A stretch of DNA of 64,000 nucleotides from Candidatus Caldarchaeum sp. (GTDB taxonomy: Archaea > Thermoproteota > Nitrososphaeria_A > Caldarchaeales > Caldarchaeaceae). Positions 51,469-61,057 of this stretch are shown here, piece after piece (position 1 is the first letter of the stretch; every line of letters starts with the position of its first letter). The notes beneath the pieces were generated by a model, which was given only the letters and a program-made list of their open reading frames with translations, was not told the origin of the DNA and did not search any database. The translations under genes were made by a program, and so were the position numbers. Location of the stretch: assembly GCA_038831915.1 (NCBI GenBank), contig JAWBKB010000008.1:1-64000 (forward strand). Direction: 5' to 3'.

Positions 51469-52754
51469 AAACCACCGTATTGGATGGTGTACTGTTGCTT
51501 GGCTTTTTTCCTTTCCATGTTACAGAGATGCTGGGCGGCGATGGCGTAGACTTTGGTGCAAGCAATTAGGTTGGGGATGTAAAGTGTTCCACGCATTTCT
51601 TTGCCAGGTCCTCCTGAAGGTCCGTAGTTAACTGCAACGACACCGTTCCGCGTCAAGACATTCGCGTCCGATGACCACGAGAAGACAACTCTTTCGGCAG
51701 GTGTTCCGAAAACCGCTTTATGACCTTCATCGATTGCTTTCACAACCGCCGTGTCTTCTGGAACATGGGCCCATGCGTCGCTGACGTAGATGTCCAGCAT
51801 CGGCTTGAAACCATAACGTTTCTCGACTTCGTTCAACATTTCCTCCAAGGCTTCTTTCACGTCAACTGGTGAGTAAGTTGGTGGATAGCGGAGGTCGACG
51901 TACAGGTTACAGAACCATGGTGTCCGAGAGCACCGCCAAGGCCATCCACCCTCAATGGAGCCGATGTTGACCGTTGGTTTGACACCGTTGAAGCTGAATC
52001 TTTCCTGATATTTTGGAATCCATTCCTCCAGAACATTCAACACCCGGTTCATGCGTAGAATCAGGTTCGTAACGCCTGCGGAATGAGCTGTGTGAACCAT
52101 CGTTCCTTTCAGATATATTTTCGCCCAGACCGAGCCGAAATGCGTCAACATCAGTCGAAGCCCCGTTGGCTCTCCGAGAATCGCAAAATCAGTCACACCG
52201 CCATGCGTTACGAGGTAAGCTGTGCCCGTTCCGTATCCACGGTATTGAGCTCCTCTGTATCGGTCGACTTGTGTTTTCTCGATTTCGCCGACCACGCCAG
52301 CTATCATGATGTCGCCTTTGAGTTCTACGCCGGCGTTCTGCAGGGCTTCGACAGCTGAGATGTAGGCCGCTAAAGCCCCCTTCATGTTGAACACACCCAT
52401 GCCGTAGAGCCAGTCATCTTCCCGATACGCCCATGGAGGCTCAAGACGATAGACAGGCGAAATTGCTTTGAGAATTTCAGGAGGTTCGCGCGGCGAAAAA
52501 GATGTGTCGAGATGACCGTTGAACATCAGCGAAGGCCCTCCGCCTTTTCCCGGCAGAACACCGACCGCGTTCAGCCTTCCCTGCTCAACTTCCTGAAGCT
52601 TGACACGCATCCCAACCTCTTCCATCATCCTCGCATAGGCCTCAGCACATTCGCCTTCAAAGCCGGTTGGGCTTTCGATGTTCGCGAGGTCCAGCGTTCG
52701 TTTGATGGTCTTCTCTACATCAATTTTCGATAAAATATCTTGTATGGTTGCCAT
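51465..52754 (-). CDS. M20/ArgE-DapE family hydrolase, atypical metal site
   Basis: FNGHLDT, GVFNMKG, GEIEK, GEPT, SSDAN. Confidence 0.8.
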   Translation of the reverse strand: MATIQDILSKIDVEKTIKRTLDLANIESPTGFEGECAEAYARMMEEVGMRVKLQEVEQGRLNAVGVLPGKGGGPSLMFNGHLDTSFSPREPPEILKAISPVYRLEPPWAYREDDWLYGMGVFNMKGALAAYISAVEALQNAGVELKGDIMIAGVVGEIEKTQVDRYRGAQYRGYGTGTAYLVTHGGVTDFAILGEPTGLRLMLTHFGSVWAKIYLKGTMVHTAHSAGVTNLILRMNRVLNVLEEWIPKYQERFSFNGVKPTVNIGSIEGGWPWRCSRTPWFCNLYVDLRYPPTYSPVDVKEALEEMLNEVEKRYGFKPMLDIYVSDAWAHVPEDTAVVKAIDEGHKAVFGTPAERVVFSWSSDANVLTRNGVVAVNYGPSGGPGKEMRGTLYIPNLIACTKVYAIAAQHLCNMERKKAKQQYTIQYGGL

Positions 52755-52757
52755 CGT

Positions 52758-53600
52758 TTAGGCACCCGGCATGCTGAAGCCGCCGTCGCATATCACGACA
52801 TTACCCGTCATGTGAATGGCGTCGTCCGAAGCAAGGAACAGGACGACGGGAACGATGTCCTCCGGTTTTCCAATTCTGCGTAAAGGCGTGTGCTCGATGA
52901 CCCAGTTTCTTCTTTCAGGTGTCCAGTCAGGTCTTTTCAGCAAAGCTTCGGTCTCCATATATCCGGGAGCGGCGGCATTAACCCGAACCCATGGCGCGAA
53001 AGCATGGGCGTAAGACTTGGTGAGGCCAAGCACGCCGTATTTTGACGCTGCATATTGTGGTGCACGAGGGCTTCCGGTGACGATGACGTTTGAACAGATG
53101 TTCACAATAGAGCCTCTCTTCCTTTCAAGCATCCGCGAACCAACTTCATGAATCATGAACAACGTGCCCTTGATGTCCACGGCGAGAACATGGTCGATAC
53201 GTTCTTCTGTTATTTCACGCCACGACATCTGGCCCGGAGCCGTGTCGCCAACATTATTGACCAACACATCAATAGGCCCAAACTCACGCCAAACCTTGTC
53301 CACCGCCTGCTTCACCTCACTCCACTTCGTCACATCAGCCTTAACAACGAATGATTTGACACCCATCTCCTCAATCTGCTTAGCTGTTTGGCGCGCCGAC
53401 TCCTCTGACGTGTTGTAGTGGACGACGACGTTGCCGCCTTCACGGGCAAAAGCCAACGCAATAAGCTGGCCAAAGCCACGCCCAGCACCTGTCACAAAAC
53501 AGTTAAGCCCTTCAAACCGACGACCAGGCTTCACCGCATGTCTTTCGGGAACAACTTCGCCCTCAATCTTAGGCTCAGTAGGAAGACGACCCCAACTCAT
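52758..53600 (-). CDS. Short-chain dehydrogenase/reductase
   Basis: TGAGRGFG, NNVG, YAASK. Confidence 0.9.
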   Translation of the reverse strand: MSWGRLPTEPKIEGEVVPERHAVKPGRRFEGLNCFVTGAGRGFGQLIALAFAREGGNVVVHYNTSEESARQTAKQIEEMGVKSFVVKADVTKWSEVKQAVDKVWREFGPIDVLVNNVGDTAPGQMSWREITEERIDHVLAVDIKGTLFMIHEVGSRMLERKRGSIVNICSNVIVTGSPRAPQYAASKYGVLGLTKSYAHAFAPWVRVNAAAPGYMETEALLKRPDWTPERRNWVIEHTPLRRIGKPEDIVPVVLFLASDDAIHMTGNVVICDGGFSMPGA

Positions 53601-53834
53601 AACACAGACAACCTACACAACCAACACTTAAACACTAAGACCAAATCACATACATCCACACCACAACTAGGCAAAACCACTAGGAAAACAAATCAGTGAA
53701 AGCTTCACACGAACATGTGCAGAATTTCGGAGGCAAACGGTATTTATTCTTTGTTTTGAGAACAAGAGTAAGTAATTTTCTTATTCAATTCTTATAAGAC
53801 TTTCGGCTTATAAATAACTCGAGGACGATTTTAG

Positions 53835-56324
53835 ATGACAGAATATCGTTTAAAGCGGCGGGATGTTTTATCGCTGCTCAGCGTTTCACCAGCGGTAGCG
53901 GTCGGCGTGGGTTTATCTGCTAGAAGCAAAAACAGTTGGTTTCCAGTTACGTATCAACCCGTCGCGGAAAAAGCCTCGACCAACGTAGAATGGAAGTACA
54001 CCACGTGTATCATTTGTGGGCAAGGCTGCCCCATCAAAGTCAAAGTTCTGAACGGCAACGTTTTGCACACCGTGGTTCATGCGTTTCAGCCAGGTTTGGA
54101 GAGCTACTACGCCGCGTGCGGTAGGCCGCGAGCGCTCGCAGATGTGTGGAACCATCCTGACCGAATACGCAGACCCATGATAAGAGTGGGAGAAAGAGGT
54201 TCAGGAAATTTCAGAGCTGTTACCTGGGAGGAAGCATTAGATTACGCAGCAAGCAACCTGAAAAAATACATCAATAACCCCGAGCAGGTGGTAGTTTTCT
54301 CCCACCAAGGATGTGAAAAAGCAATCATCGACAACTTTGCTTATCTGTTCGGAACACCGAACGTAACTGACCATCGCGACACCTGTCATACGTCATCTGA
54401 CGCGGGACGATGGTTTTTGTTCGGCTCCTTGATAGGTCCGAGTGGAATCTATCACGACTATGAAAGGGCACAGTTCATCGTGTTGGTTGCGCGGAACCCG
54501 TACGGTGGCGTCGTCGCTACACCATGGACGAAGGTTTTCAGCCTCGGCGTATCACGTGGAGCACGAGTAGTTGTTTTAGATGTGCGGTACAGCGATGTCT
54601 GCGAAGTAGCTGAGAAATATTACATCGTAAAGCCTGGCACGGACCTCGCAGTAATGTTAGCTATCGCGAGAGAAATCATTAATCTTAAGGCCTACGACGC
54701 AGCCCACCTGAATAGATTCACAAATGCAGCGATGTTGTTCGACCCCAAAACTCTGCAACCAGCCGCTGTTCAGAAGAAAGACGACCGACTAGATTTTCTC
54801 GTTTACGACACTGCCACTAAGGAATACAAGTTCAGCAGCGAAGCCGCAAACCCAGCCCTCGAATACGAGGGTGAGTATGAGGGAAGAGAAGTGGCCTCCG
54901 CCTTATCCATCCTCAAGAAAACTCTTGAATCCTACACTCCGGAATGGGCGGAAAAAATCAGCAACGTACCCGCTGACGAAATTAGATGGATCGTCAGAAA
55001 TCTTGTGACTTACGCACCACGAGCCTTCATCGACAACGGATACAAGACGACAACTTTCCACAACAGCCCCATGCTGTGGAGAATGGTCGCCATGATAAAC
55101 GTTATGATTGGTTCATGGGGTGCGAGAGGAGGAATTGCGTGGCCAAGAACGCTCCGAGTCGCCGAGCCGTTCAAAGCATCACCGAAAAAAGTTCAATCAA
55201 TTATTGATTATTGGCGGGAAAACGGCTATCCGCTCGCGTCCACCCGTGGATATTCTATGCTAGCCATCAGGAGCATTCTTGAAGAAAAACCCTATCCAAT
55301 CAAAGCAGCCATAGTCTTCTTACAAAATCTAGCTTCGCATTTACCAGACTCGGAAACAGTCATCCGCGCGTTGAAGAAGCTTGAATTCGTCATGGTTTTT
55401 GACACGATGTGGTGTGAAACATGTACTTACGCAGACCTAATCCTGCCCGTTCCATTTTTCTTTGAAACAGACAACGCCTCGCTACTTCCAGTCAGCAAAT
55501 CGCACATCGGGCAAGTGAGCATTATGACGAAGGTCGTCGACCCGCCTAAAGATGTTGACGTACGAAACCCCGCATGGATAGTTTATAAACTAACGGAGAG
55601 GCTAATGCCCTACAAACTCAAGGAACTCGAGCCACTGCTACGTGTCGAAGAGATATGGAAGACACAGGCGAAAGAGGCTGGAATAGATTATGACATGCTA
55701 CGTAAATATGGAACTGTGGCGCGTTTCACATCGCCCGACTTCAGCCCGTTAACCACCAGAGGAAGACTTCCAACATCCACTGGTTTCATAGAACTAATCA
55801 ACCTCAGAGCCCTCGAGATGTTCAAAGACTTTCTTGGTAAACCGCATGCCTTCAACCCGTTGCCCGCATGGGTGCCGCCGAAATGGATGCAAACACCGCT
55901 AGCCGAAGACGAATTCATCCCAATCGACTACATGCACAACCTAACGGCGATTAACACATGGGCTAGAGACACTAAGCTTTTAGTCGACGTGGTAAAATGG
56001 GACAGAAAGGACAGCGTATTCATAAACGCAGAAAGAGCGCGGCGTCTGGGAATTAAGGACGGTGCCACGGTCGAAGTGTTTAACCCTGTGACAAACAGCT
56101 CTTTACGCGTTAAAGTAAGGCTCAGCAACAAAATCGATGAACACATAATCGCCGGCATTCACGGGTTGACACCTGGAATACACGAAAAAGGCCTCGTGAA
56201 ATTCACCTACATGCCCAAACACGGAATCAACACAAACTACGTCGGTCCCTTCGAATTGGTTGACATCTGCGCATCTTCAGCGTTCTTCGACTTTAAAGTG
56301 AAAGTGAGGAAGGTGGTTGCATGA
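53835..56324 (+). CDS. Tat-exported DMSO-reductase-family Mo/W enzyme, thiosulfate/polysulfide reductase (PhsA/PsrA)-like
   Basis: KRRDVL Tat motif, CxxCxxxC...C Fe-S motif, HPDRIRRPMIR, GTPN..H..TC (Cys ligand), PGTD. Confidence 0.78.
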   Translation: MTEYRLKRRDVLSLLSVSPAVAVGVGLSARSKNSWFPVTYQPVAEKASTNVEWKYTTCIICGQGCPIKVKVLNGNVLHTVVHAFQPGLESYYAACGRPRALADVWNHPDRIRRPMIRVGERGSGNFRAVTWEEALDYAASNLKKYINNPEQVVVFSHQGCEKAIIDNFAYLFGTPNVTDHRDTCHTSSDAGRWFLFGSLIGPSGIYHDYERAQFIVLVARNPYGGVVATPWTKVFSLGVSRGARVVVLDVRYSDVCEVAEKYYIVKPGTDLAVMLAIAREIINLKAYDAAHLNRFTNAAMLFDPKTLQPAAVQKKDDRLDFLVYDTATKEYKFSSEAANPALEYEGEYEGREVASALSILKKTLESYTPEWAEKISNVPADEIRWIVRNLVTYAPRAFIDNGYKTTTFHNSPMLWRMVAMINVMIGSWGARGGIAWPRTLRVAEPFKASPKKVQSIIDYWRENGYPLASTRGYSMLAIRSILEEKPYPIKAAIVFLQNLASHLPDSETVIRALKKLEFVMVFDTMWCETCTYADLILPVPFFFETDNASLLPVSKSHIGQVSIMTKVVDPPKDVDVRNPAWIVYKLTERLMPYKLKELEPLLRVEEIWKTQAKEAGIDYDMLRKYGTVARFTSPDFSPLTTRGRLPTSTGFIELINLRALEMFKDFLGKPHAFNPLPAWVPPKWMQTPLAEDEFIPIDYMHNLTAINTWARDTKLLVDVVKWDRKDSVFINAERARRLGIKDGATVEVFNPVTNSSLRVKVRLSNKIDEHIIAGIHGLTPGIHEKGLVKFTYMPKHGINTNYVGPFELVDICASSAFFDFKVKVRKVVA

Positions 56325-57115
56325 AACCCGCGATGATAATTGATCTCGATAAATGCGTCGGCTGCTACGCCTGCGTGGTCGAATGCATGGTCGAAAACAT
56401 CGGACGACGACTCGAAGACGGAACACTTTCTCTGCCCGAACGTCCAACCGATTATTCGCGAACCAGGCCAGCGACAGTAACTTCTTACGTCGGAGACGAA
56501 AAACGAGTTTTCATACAATGTCTTCACTGTGATAATCCGCCGTGTGTCTACGCCTGTCCCACGGGAGCTTCCTATGTTTCTCCAGAAGGCGTCGTGCTTC
56601 TCGACTCGTCTAAATGTATAAGATGCGGGTTGTGCATCGACGCGTGTCCTTACTCCGTCAGAACAAGATTGATGGAAGAGTTCGCCGGCACCATACAGCA
56701 TGAACACGCCCTGAAGATAGGCATTCCAGATAAATGCACATTCTGCTACCATAGGAAAAACGGCGAGGGGCTCTGGACACCGGCATGTGTGGAGGTCTGC
56801 TCCTTCGACGCGAGGCTTTTCGGAGATTTAGAAGATCCGAAAGATGAAGTGCATCGCATCGTAATGTCGGGTCTCGCGGTGCCTCCACGTGATGACTTCG
56901 GCACCAAACCCAAGCTCTTCTACATCCCGAGAAAAGGAGGATACGAGTTAGTCAGATATCCCGTCCGCCGCGAAGACCAAGGAATAACCTTCACTCTTTG
57001 GAGCAACCTGAAAGAAATGGTTGTGAAGCCGTTGACCGTCATGGCGATGTTGGGCGCCGTCGTGCTAGGCACAATTCACATCATACGGGAAAGAAGGAAA
57101 GTGAAAAAAGAATGA
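56321..57115 (+). CDS. 4x[4Fe-4S] electron-transfer subunit with C-terminal TM
   Basis: CVGCYAC, CLHCDNPPC, CIRCGLC, KCTFC. ATGA overlap with the catalytic subunit. Confidence 0.9.
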   Translation: MKPAMIIDLDKCVGCYACVVECMVENIGRRLEDGTLSLPERPTDYSRTRPATVTSYVGDEKRVFIQCLHCDNPPCVYACPTGASYVSPEGVVLLDSSKCIRCGLCIDACPYSVRTRLMEEFAGTIQHEHALKIGIPDKCTFCYHRKNGEGLWTPACVEVCSFDARLFGDLEDPKDEVHRIVMSGLAVPPRDDFGTKPKLFYIPRKGGYELVRYPVRREDQGITFTLWSNLKEMVVKPLTVMAMLGAVVLGTIHIIRERRKVKKE

Positions 57116-57771
57116 CCGATTCTGAGAAAGTGGTTCGGTGGACGCGGCTTGCCCGGGCGACTCATTGGCTGATGTTCACAGGCGTCACTGTGGGGCTTGT
57201 GACATCGCTGCCCACGCTGTTAGGGGATTCCTTCAAATGGATCTACGATGTCTTGGGGGGTGAAACCGTGCGCGAATTCCTGCATTATTACGTGACAATC
57301 ATCCTACTTGGTGCAGCGGCTCCGCTTACAATAGCACGGGCAATTCAGGCACGAGGAGATGAATGGTGGTGGCCCAGCTGGAGAGAAATTAGAGAAGCAG
57401 CCATCATCGCTTTTCGCTGGATAGGTTTAACACGGAAATATCCCCAAATAGGATTCCATCATCCGCTTGAAAAAATCTATCTACTAGCCGCACATGCCGG
57501 GTTGCTATTACTCGGCGTCAGCGGAATTCTAATGGTCTTCGACGTGTTAGGTGTTCACTACAAAGCATTCCTACTTCTAATTCATGACATTGGCTTCCTA
57601 CTATTAGGCGTGCCATTGTTCGCACACTTTATGCTCGCAATCAACCCTGTTAACCGCGAAGCTCTGAAAGCGATATTCGTCGACGGCAAAGTAACACGCT
57701 CCTGGGCGAAAAAACATCACCCCGGCTGGTTCATCCCGGAAAATCACCAAACAAATCAAAAGCACGATTAA
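57112..57771 (+). CDS. Cytochrome b membrane anchor (PhsC/FdnI-like)
   Basis: Four TM helices with four His, GKV...WAKKHHPGW tail, ATGA overlap. Confidence 0.85.
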   Translation: MTDSEKVVRWTRLARATHWLMFTGVTVGLVTSLPTLLGDSFKWIYDVLGGETVREFLHYYVTIILLGAAAPLTIARAIQARGDEWWWPSWREIREAAIIAFRWIGLTRKYPQIGFHHPLEKIYLLAAHAGLLLLGVSGILMVFDVLGVHYKAFLLLIHDIGFLLLGVPLFAHFMLAINPVNREALKAIFVDGKVTRSWAKKHHPGWFIPENHQTNQKHD

Positions 57772-57959
57772 AAACAAAGTCTCCAAGAGCCGAAGGCGGT
57801 AAAGATCAACCGAGGGGCCATGTTAAAACTCCTCCTCTCAAAGCGGGATCCGATACATTTTTTGTTGTCCTACTATACGAAAACATCTGTCGTTAAACAA
57901 TGTGAATTCAGCAAATTTTCTTGGTTCCATGACAATCGGCACAAGTTAGAAAAGATAAG

Positions 57960-58250
57960 CTACTGTTTTATGCGTTGTGCGACAACCGCGGCTGCCACTG
58001 CTATTACAACGATCATACCTATACCAAAATAAACAATTAGACTTGCATCAACGGCGGACTCTCGAACGGTCGTAACAGTCAGCGGGGCGGGAATGATTCT
58101 TGAGTATTGGGTGACAGTGACCGTTGAACCAGCCACGCTGAGAATAACGGTCTCGAACCTTGTGACGTCTCTGGTGACAGTGAAAGGAGCTGTCATAACT
58201 ATCGCTCCTAGAAGAGAAACAACCTTTACCGTGCCAAACACTATCACAAT
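57960..58250 (-). pseudogene. Remnant or short form of a Thr-rich, C-terminally anchored surface protein
   Basis: Thr/Val-rich stalk, TM and basic tail but no clear N-terminal domain. Lies just downstream of the tRNA 3' end. Confidence 0.35.
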
Positions 58251-58328
58251 GCACCGGTGTTCGGAAGTGTCCAAAGTGTTCTCCCATAAACGCACCGTCG
58301 AACGCGAATCCAGAGCCCATGAAAATTC

Positions 58329-58436
58329 TGGTAGCCCGGGCCGGATTCGAACCGGCGTCCTCGGGTTTCTCCTCGTCTGATCCAAAGCCCGAGATCCCTA
58401 GCCCTTCTGACCGTTTGACCGCTAGACGACCGGGCT
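58329..58436 (-). tRNA. tRNA-Gln(UUG) with two introns (D-arm ~21/22 and 37/38)
   Basis: Reverse complement matches the CUG gene at 100 of 108 positions, anticodon TTG, encoded CCA. Confidence 0.93.
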
Positions 58437-58609
58437 ACATTTCTAACGATGGTTTTCTGATTTTTAATTTTTTTGGTGTGTTGGGTCTAGGTTATGGTTT
58501 GTCTTGTTCGCGGAGCAGCGGGCCGCTGTTGGTGCATCATTAATGTTGGATGCGGTTTTGCGGCAGCGTGATGCAAACACTTATATGTTCCCTGTTGTGC
58601 TTAGGCGCA

Positions 58610-59665
58610 ATGTTTTCGTTTTCTGTGTTGGCTAAGCGTTTGTTAGCTGTGAGTGTCTTGTTTTTGCTGGTTGTGCCTGTTTTTTCTCAGGTTTCGACGG
58701 TTCCCAATGTTCCCGAACGATGTCCATGCATGATTGATTTAAGCACGGGCTCGGTGAATTTCTCAACCAAACCGGCGGGTAGCCGGGAAAACCCTGTCGC
58801 CACTCCTTTCGATTGGTTAGTTAGATTGCCTAATGGCACTCTTAGTAGGCCATGGGTGGTTAACCCCTATCCAGCAGCATGGCACAGCGGTCCTCCCGTG
58901 GGCATTCGAGCCATGTGGATAAATCCATACAGGCCTGTGGACAACCTGGCGCCCAACACGGATGTTGCAGAGTTTGTTTACAGCATTGTTTTCACAGTTC
59001 CTTCACCGGGTAGAATCTATTTACGCGGAGGCTCAGACGATCCTGGCCGTGTTTTCCTCGACGGTGTCTTCACGGGCATAAACATTCCCGGATATGCTCT
59101 GTGGCCTTCTAACCAGCCGAGCTGGTGGGTTCTCCCTGTTTCGTCGGGAGTGCACAACTTGACCATCGTCGTAAACAACAGCGTGGCCAACTCGCCGACA
59201 GGTCTTCTCATCGAAGCGATTTACTGCTCCAACGAAGTTATGGCCACCACTGTGACGGTCACCACGACGACGAGGCTTCCGGGAACGACTGTTACGACCC
59301 GTGAAACCACCACCCTTACCACCCGTGTGGAAACAACTGAAACAACCACAGTCACGTTAACGCCGACGACGGAAACGCAGACTGAAACAGTTATGAACCC
59401 GGTAAATGTAACTGTATATGTTCCCACGACTAAAACCGTTCCAACGACTGTGGTAAACGCTACCACGGTTAGAGAAACCACGACTCAGACGACTCAGCAG
59501 CTCGTCGTAACAACTACCATCGTTCAAGTCACGAATGAACGCACAGACGAGGTATTAGCCATCCTGAACATGCCCTATTCAGCCTTTATCATCGGCATCC
59601 TTGCAGCGGCAACGGTTGGCTTAGGGACTTACCTTGTTATCAAAACCAAATCTGTGCCGCCCTGA
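58610..59665 (+). CDS. Membrane-anchored surface protein with beta-sandwich domain and Thr-rich stalk
   Basis: Signal peptide, Trp/Pro-rich domain with GSDD..VFLDG..G.HNLTIVV.N...PTGLLI, Thr-rich linker, C-terminal TM. TATA-like TTATAT about 25 nt upstream. Confidence 0.75.
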   Translation: MFSFSVLAKRLLAVSVLFLLVVPVFSQVSTVPNVPERCPCMIDLSTGSVNFSTKPAGSRENPVATPFDWLVRLPNGTLSRPWVVNPYPAAWHSGPPVGIRAMWINPYRPVDNLAPNTDVAEFVYSIVFTVPSPGRIYLRGGSDDPGRVFLDGVFTGINIPGYALWPSNQPSWWVLPVSSGVHNLTIVVNNSVANSPTGLLIEAIYCSNEVMATTVTVTTTTRLPGTTVTTRETTTLTTRVETTETTTVTLTPTTETQTETVMNPVNVTVYVPTTKTVPTTVVNATTVRETTTQTTQQLVVTTTIVQVTNERTDEVLAILNMPYSAFIIGILAAATVGLGTYLVIKTKSVPP

Positions 59666-59839
59666 CTCAAGAAGATTGTGGCGCCGCACAGCGCACTACT
59701 AAAACTGAAAACAACCGCCAAAAACTCCTGACTGATCTCGAAGAGATTTCGTGAAAGGTTTAGTCGGTGGTTTGGTTACTGGTGGCGTAGTCTGGGTTGT
59801 TGGCTCGGAAGCTTGAACAAGCCATCACCAGACCGTCCA

Positions 59840-60484
59840 GCTACGGCGGCCACCATCTTGGCTTGAACAAAAGCTTTAGCTCAGACAAATAGAACCTAAG
59901 CCTGAACGGTTTCAAACGACATCAGTAGCCATGAAGAACTACTATCAGTAGCAAGGTAATCAGACCTAGGTTGAGAGCCAGCCCGCCGAAAGGGCCGACG
60001 AGCTGAAAGAAGCTGAACCCCCAGCCCACATCTAAGAACAGCTCAGCAAAACTCTATACGAAGAGGTAGCCGACAAAATTTCTGACGAGAACCCCAGCGA
60101 GAGATGCTAGAGCATTCGTTTGATCGGCGCCAAACCTGTACATCACACCGATTATGCATCATCCAGCGAAAGGCGGGGCTAGTCCAGACAAGAAGGGCCC
60201 TATTTAGGATATGTGGATCGACCGGGATGGCTGGAGGCACGTCAAGCCAGCAAGCACGATGAAGGCCGAGCCTAAGCTGGCAACCGCTAGACTTATCACA
60301 ATCGCAGCCACGACTCCTGGGTCTCCATAGCAAGCCGTTGCAAAACATATCCTCGTATATGCCGTAGACGTGGCCAAAGAATATAAACAAGATATGCTGA
60401 ATGAATCCGCCGGCTAGGTAGATGGCTGAGGGGAACACTACAAAAAGCCAGAATTAGTAGAGGAACTTGTTGGCTGGGTTTCAT
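59840..60484 (-). pseudogene. Decayed polytopic membrane protein
   Basis: GAGGT before ATG 60484, then successive hydrophobic helices over at least 2 frameshifts and several stops. Confidence 0.45.
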
Positions 60485-60502
60485 GACCTCACACCTATAT
60501 TA

Positions 60503-60540
60503 CGGCTCCACGCATCCGCATGGAGCCGAAAGAGAAAAAA
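60503..60540 (-). other. T-tract followed by an 11-bp hairpin, possible terminator or regulatory element
   Basis: Minus strand TTTTTTCTCTTT CGGCTCCATGC-GGAT-GCGTGGAGCCG, with one G-U pair. Confidence 0.4.
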
Positions 60541-60674
60541 CTCTGAACATCGGCGGTAAATAGCGAAGAAGGGAGTGGTTTTTTAGACAGCGTCGGCAGA
60601 GGGGAAGCCACCCCGCGGACTGGCTATTGTTTGCGGACTGCGCTACTGTTTGGACGCTGATTGTGTCACAATCG

Positions 60675-60986
60675 CTATTTTTTCAAATGTTCATGTGTCG
60701 CTGGTGCGTAGGTTACTTGGTCGATGCTGTGGACCGCGGCTCCGAGTTGTTTGACCGCGTTGGCGATGTTTTCGTAGTTTAACCCGTTTCCTTCAATGGT
60801 TAATTTGACGGTTTCGGTGTCGGCGTCCACTTCGATAATCGCGACCTCAACCTTCTGCACTCCCTTTACGGTTGTCAGTGCTTGGGCAAATTCGACCATG
60901 TCGGGTTTATGCGGCTTCAAAACATCTAAGACAAGCCGGCAGAGGACGAGGTCGTGTTTGTCGGGCATCCGTTTATGCGACACCAT
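60675..60986 (-). CDS. DUF211 family protein
   Basis: RLVLDVLKPH, E.D..TE, G..VHSIDQV. Confidence 0.85.
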   Translation of the reverse strand: MVSHKRMPDKHDLVLCRLVLDVLKPHKPDMVEFAQALTTVKGVQKVEVAIIEVDADTETVKLTIEGNGLNYENIANAVKQLGAAVHSIDQVTYAPATHEHLKK

Positions 60987-61057
60987 CAGTGTGTGTTTGG
61001 TGTTTGCTTATTAGGTTTGGCGTGGTTTAAAAAATTGGAAGGTTTAAATAGGAGGGG

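Noticed and set aside
53600-53700. Extremely A/C-skewed stretch upstream of the SDR (similar at 32400-32450)
   Set aside because: Probably promoter-region compositional skew; no periodicity or structure found
32457-58436. Integrated element bounded by tRNA att sites
   Set aside because: The repeats are inverted full-length genes with different anticodons, the content is housekeeping, and there is no integrase
58250-58543. ORFs 57960..58385 (5' part), 58093..58380 and 58319..58543
   Set aside because: They overlap the tRNA-Gln(UUG) gene and are spurious translations
59240-59530. ACN-rich low-complexity tracts (also ~12120-12220 and ~37200-37290) read as DNA repeats
   Set aside because: They are explained by Thr-rich protein stalks
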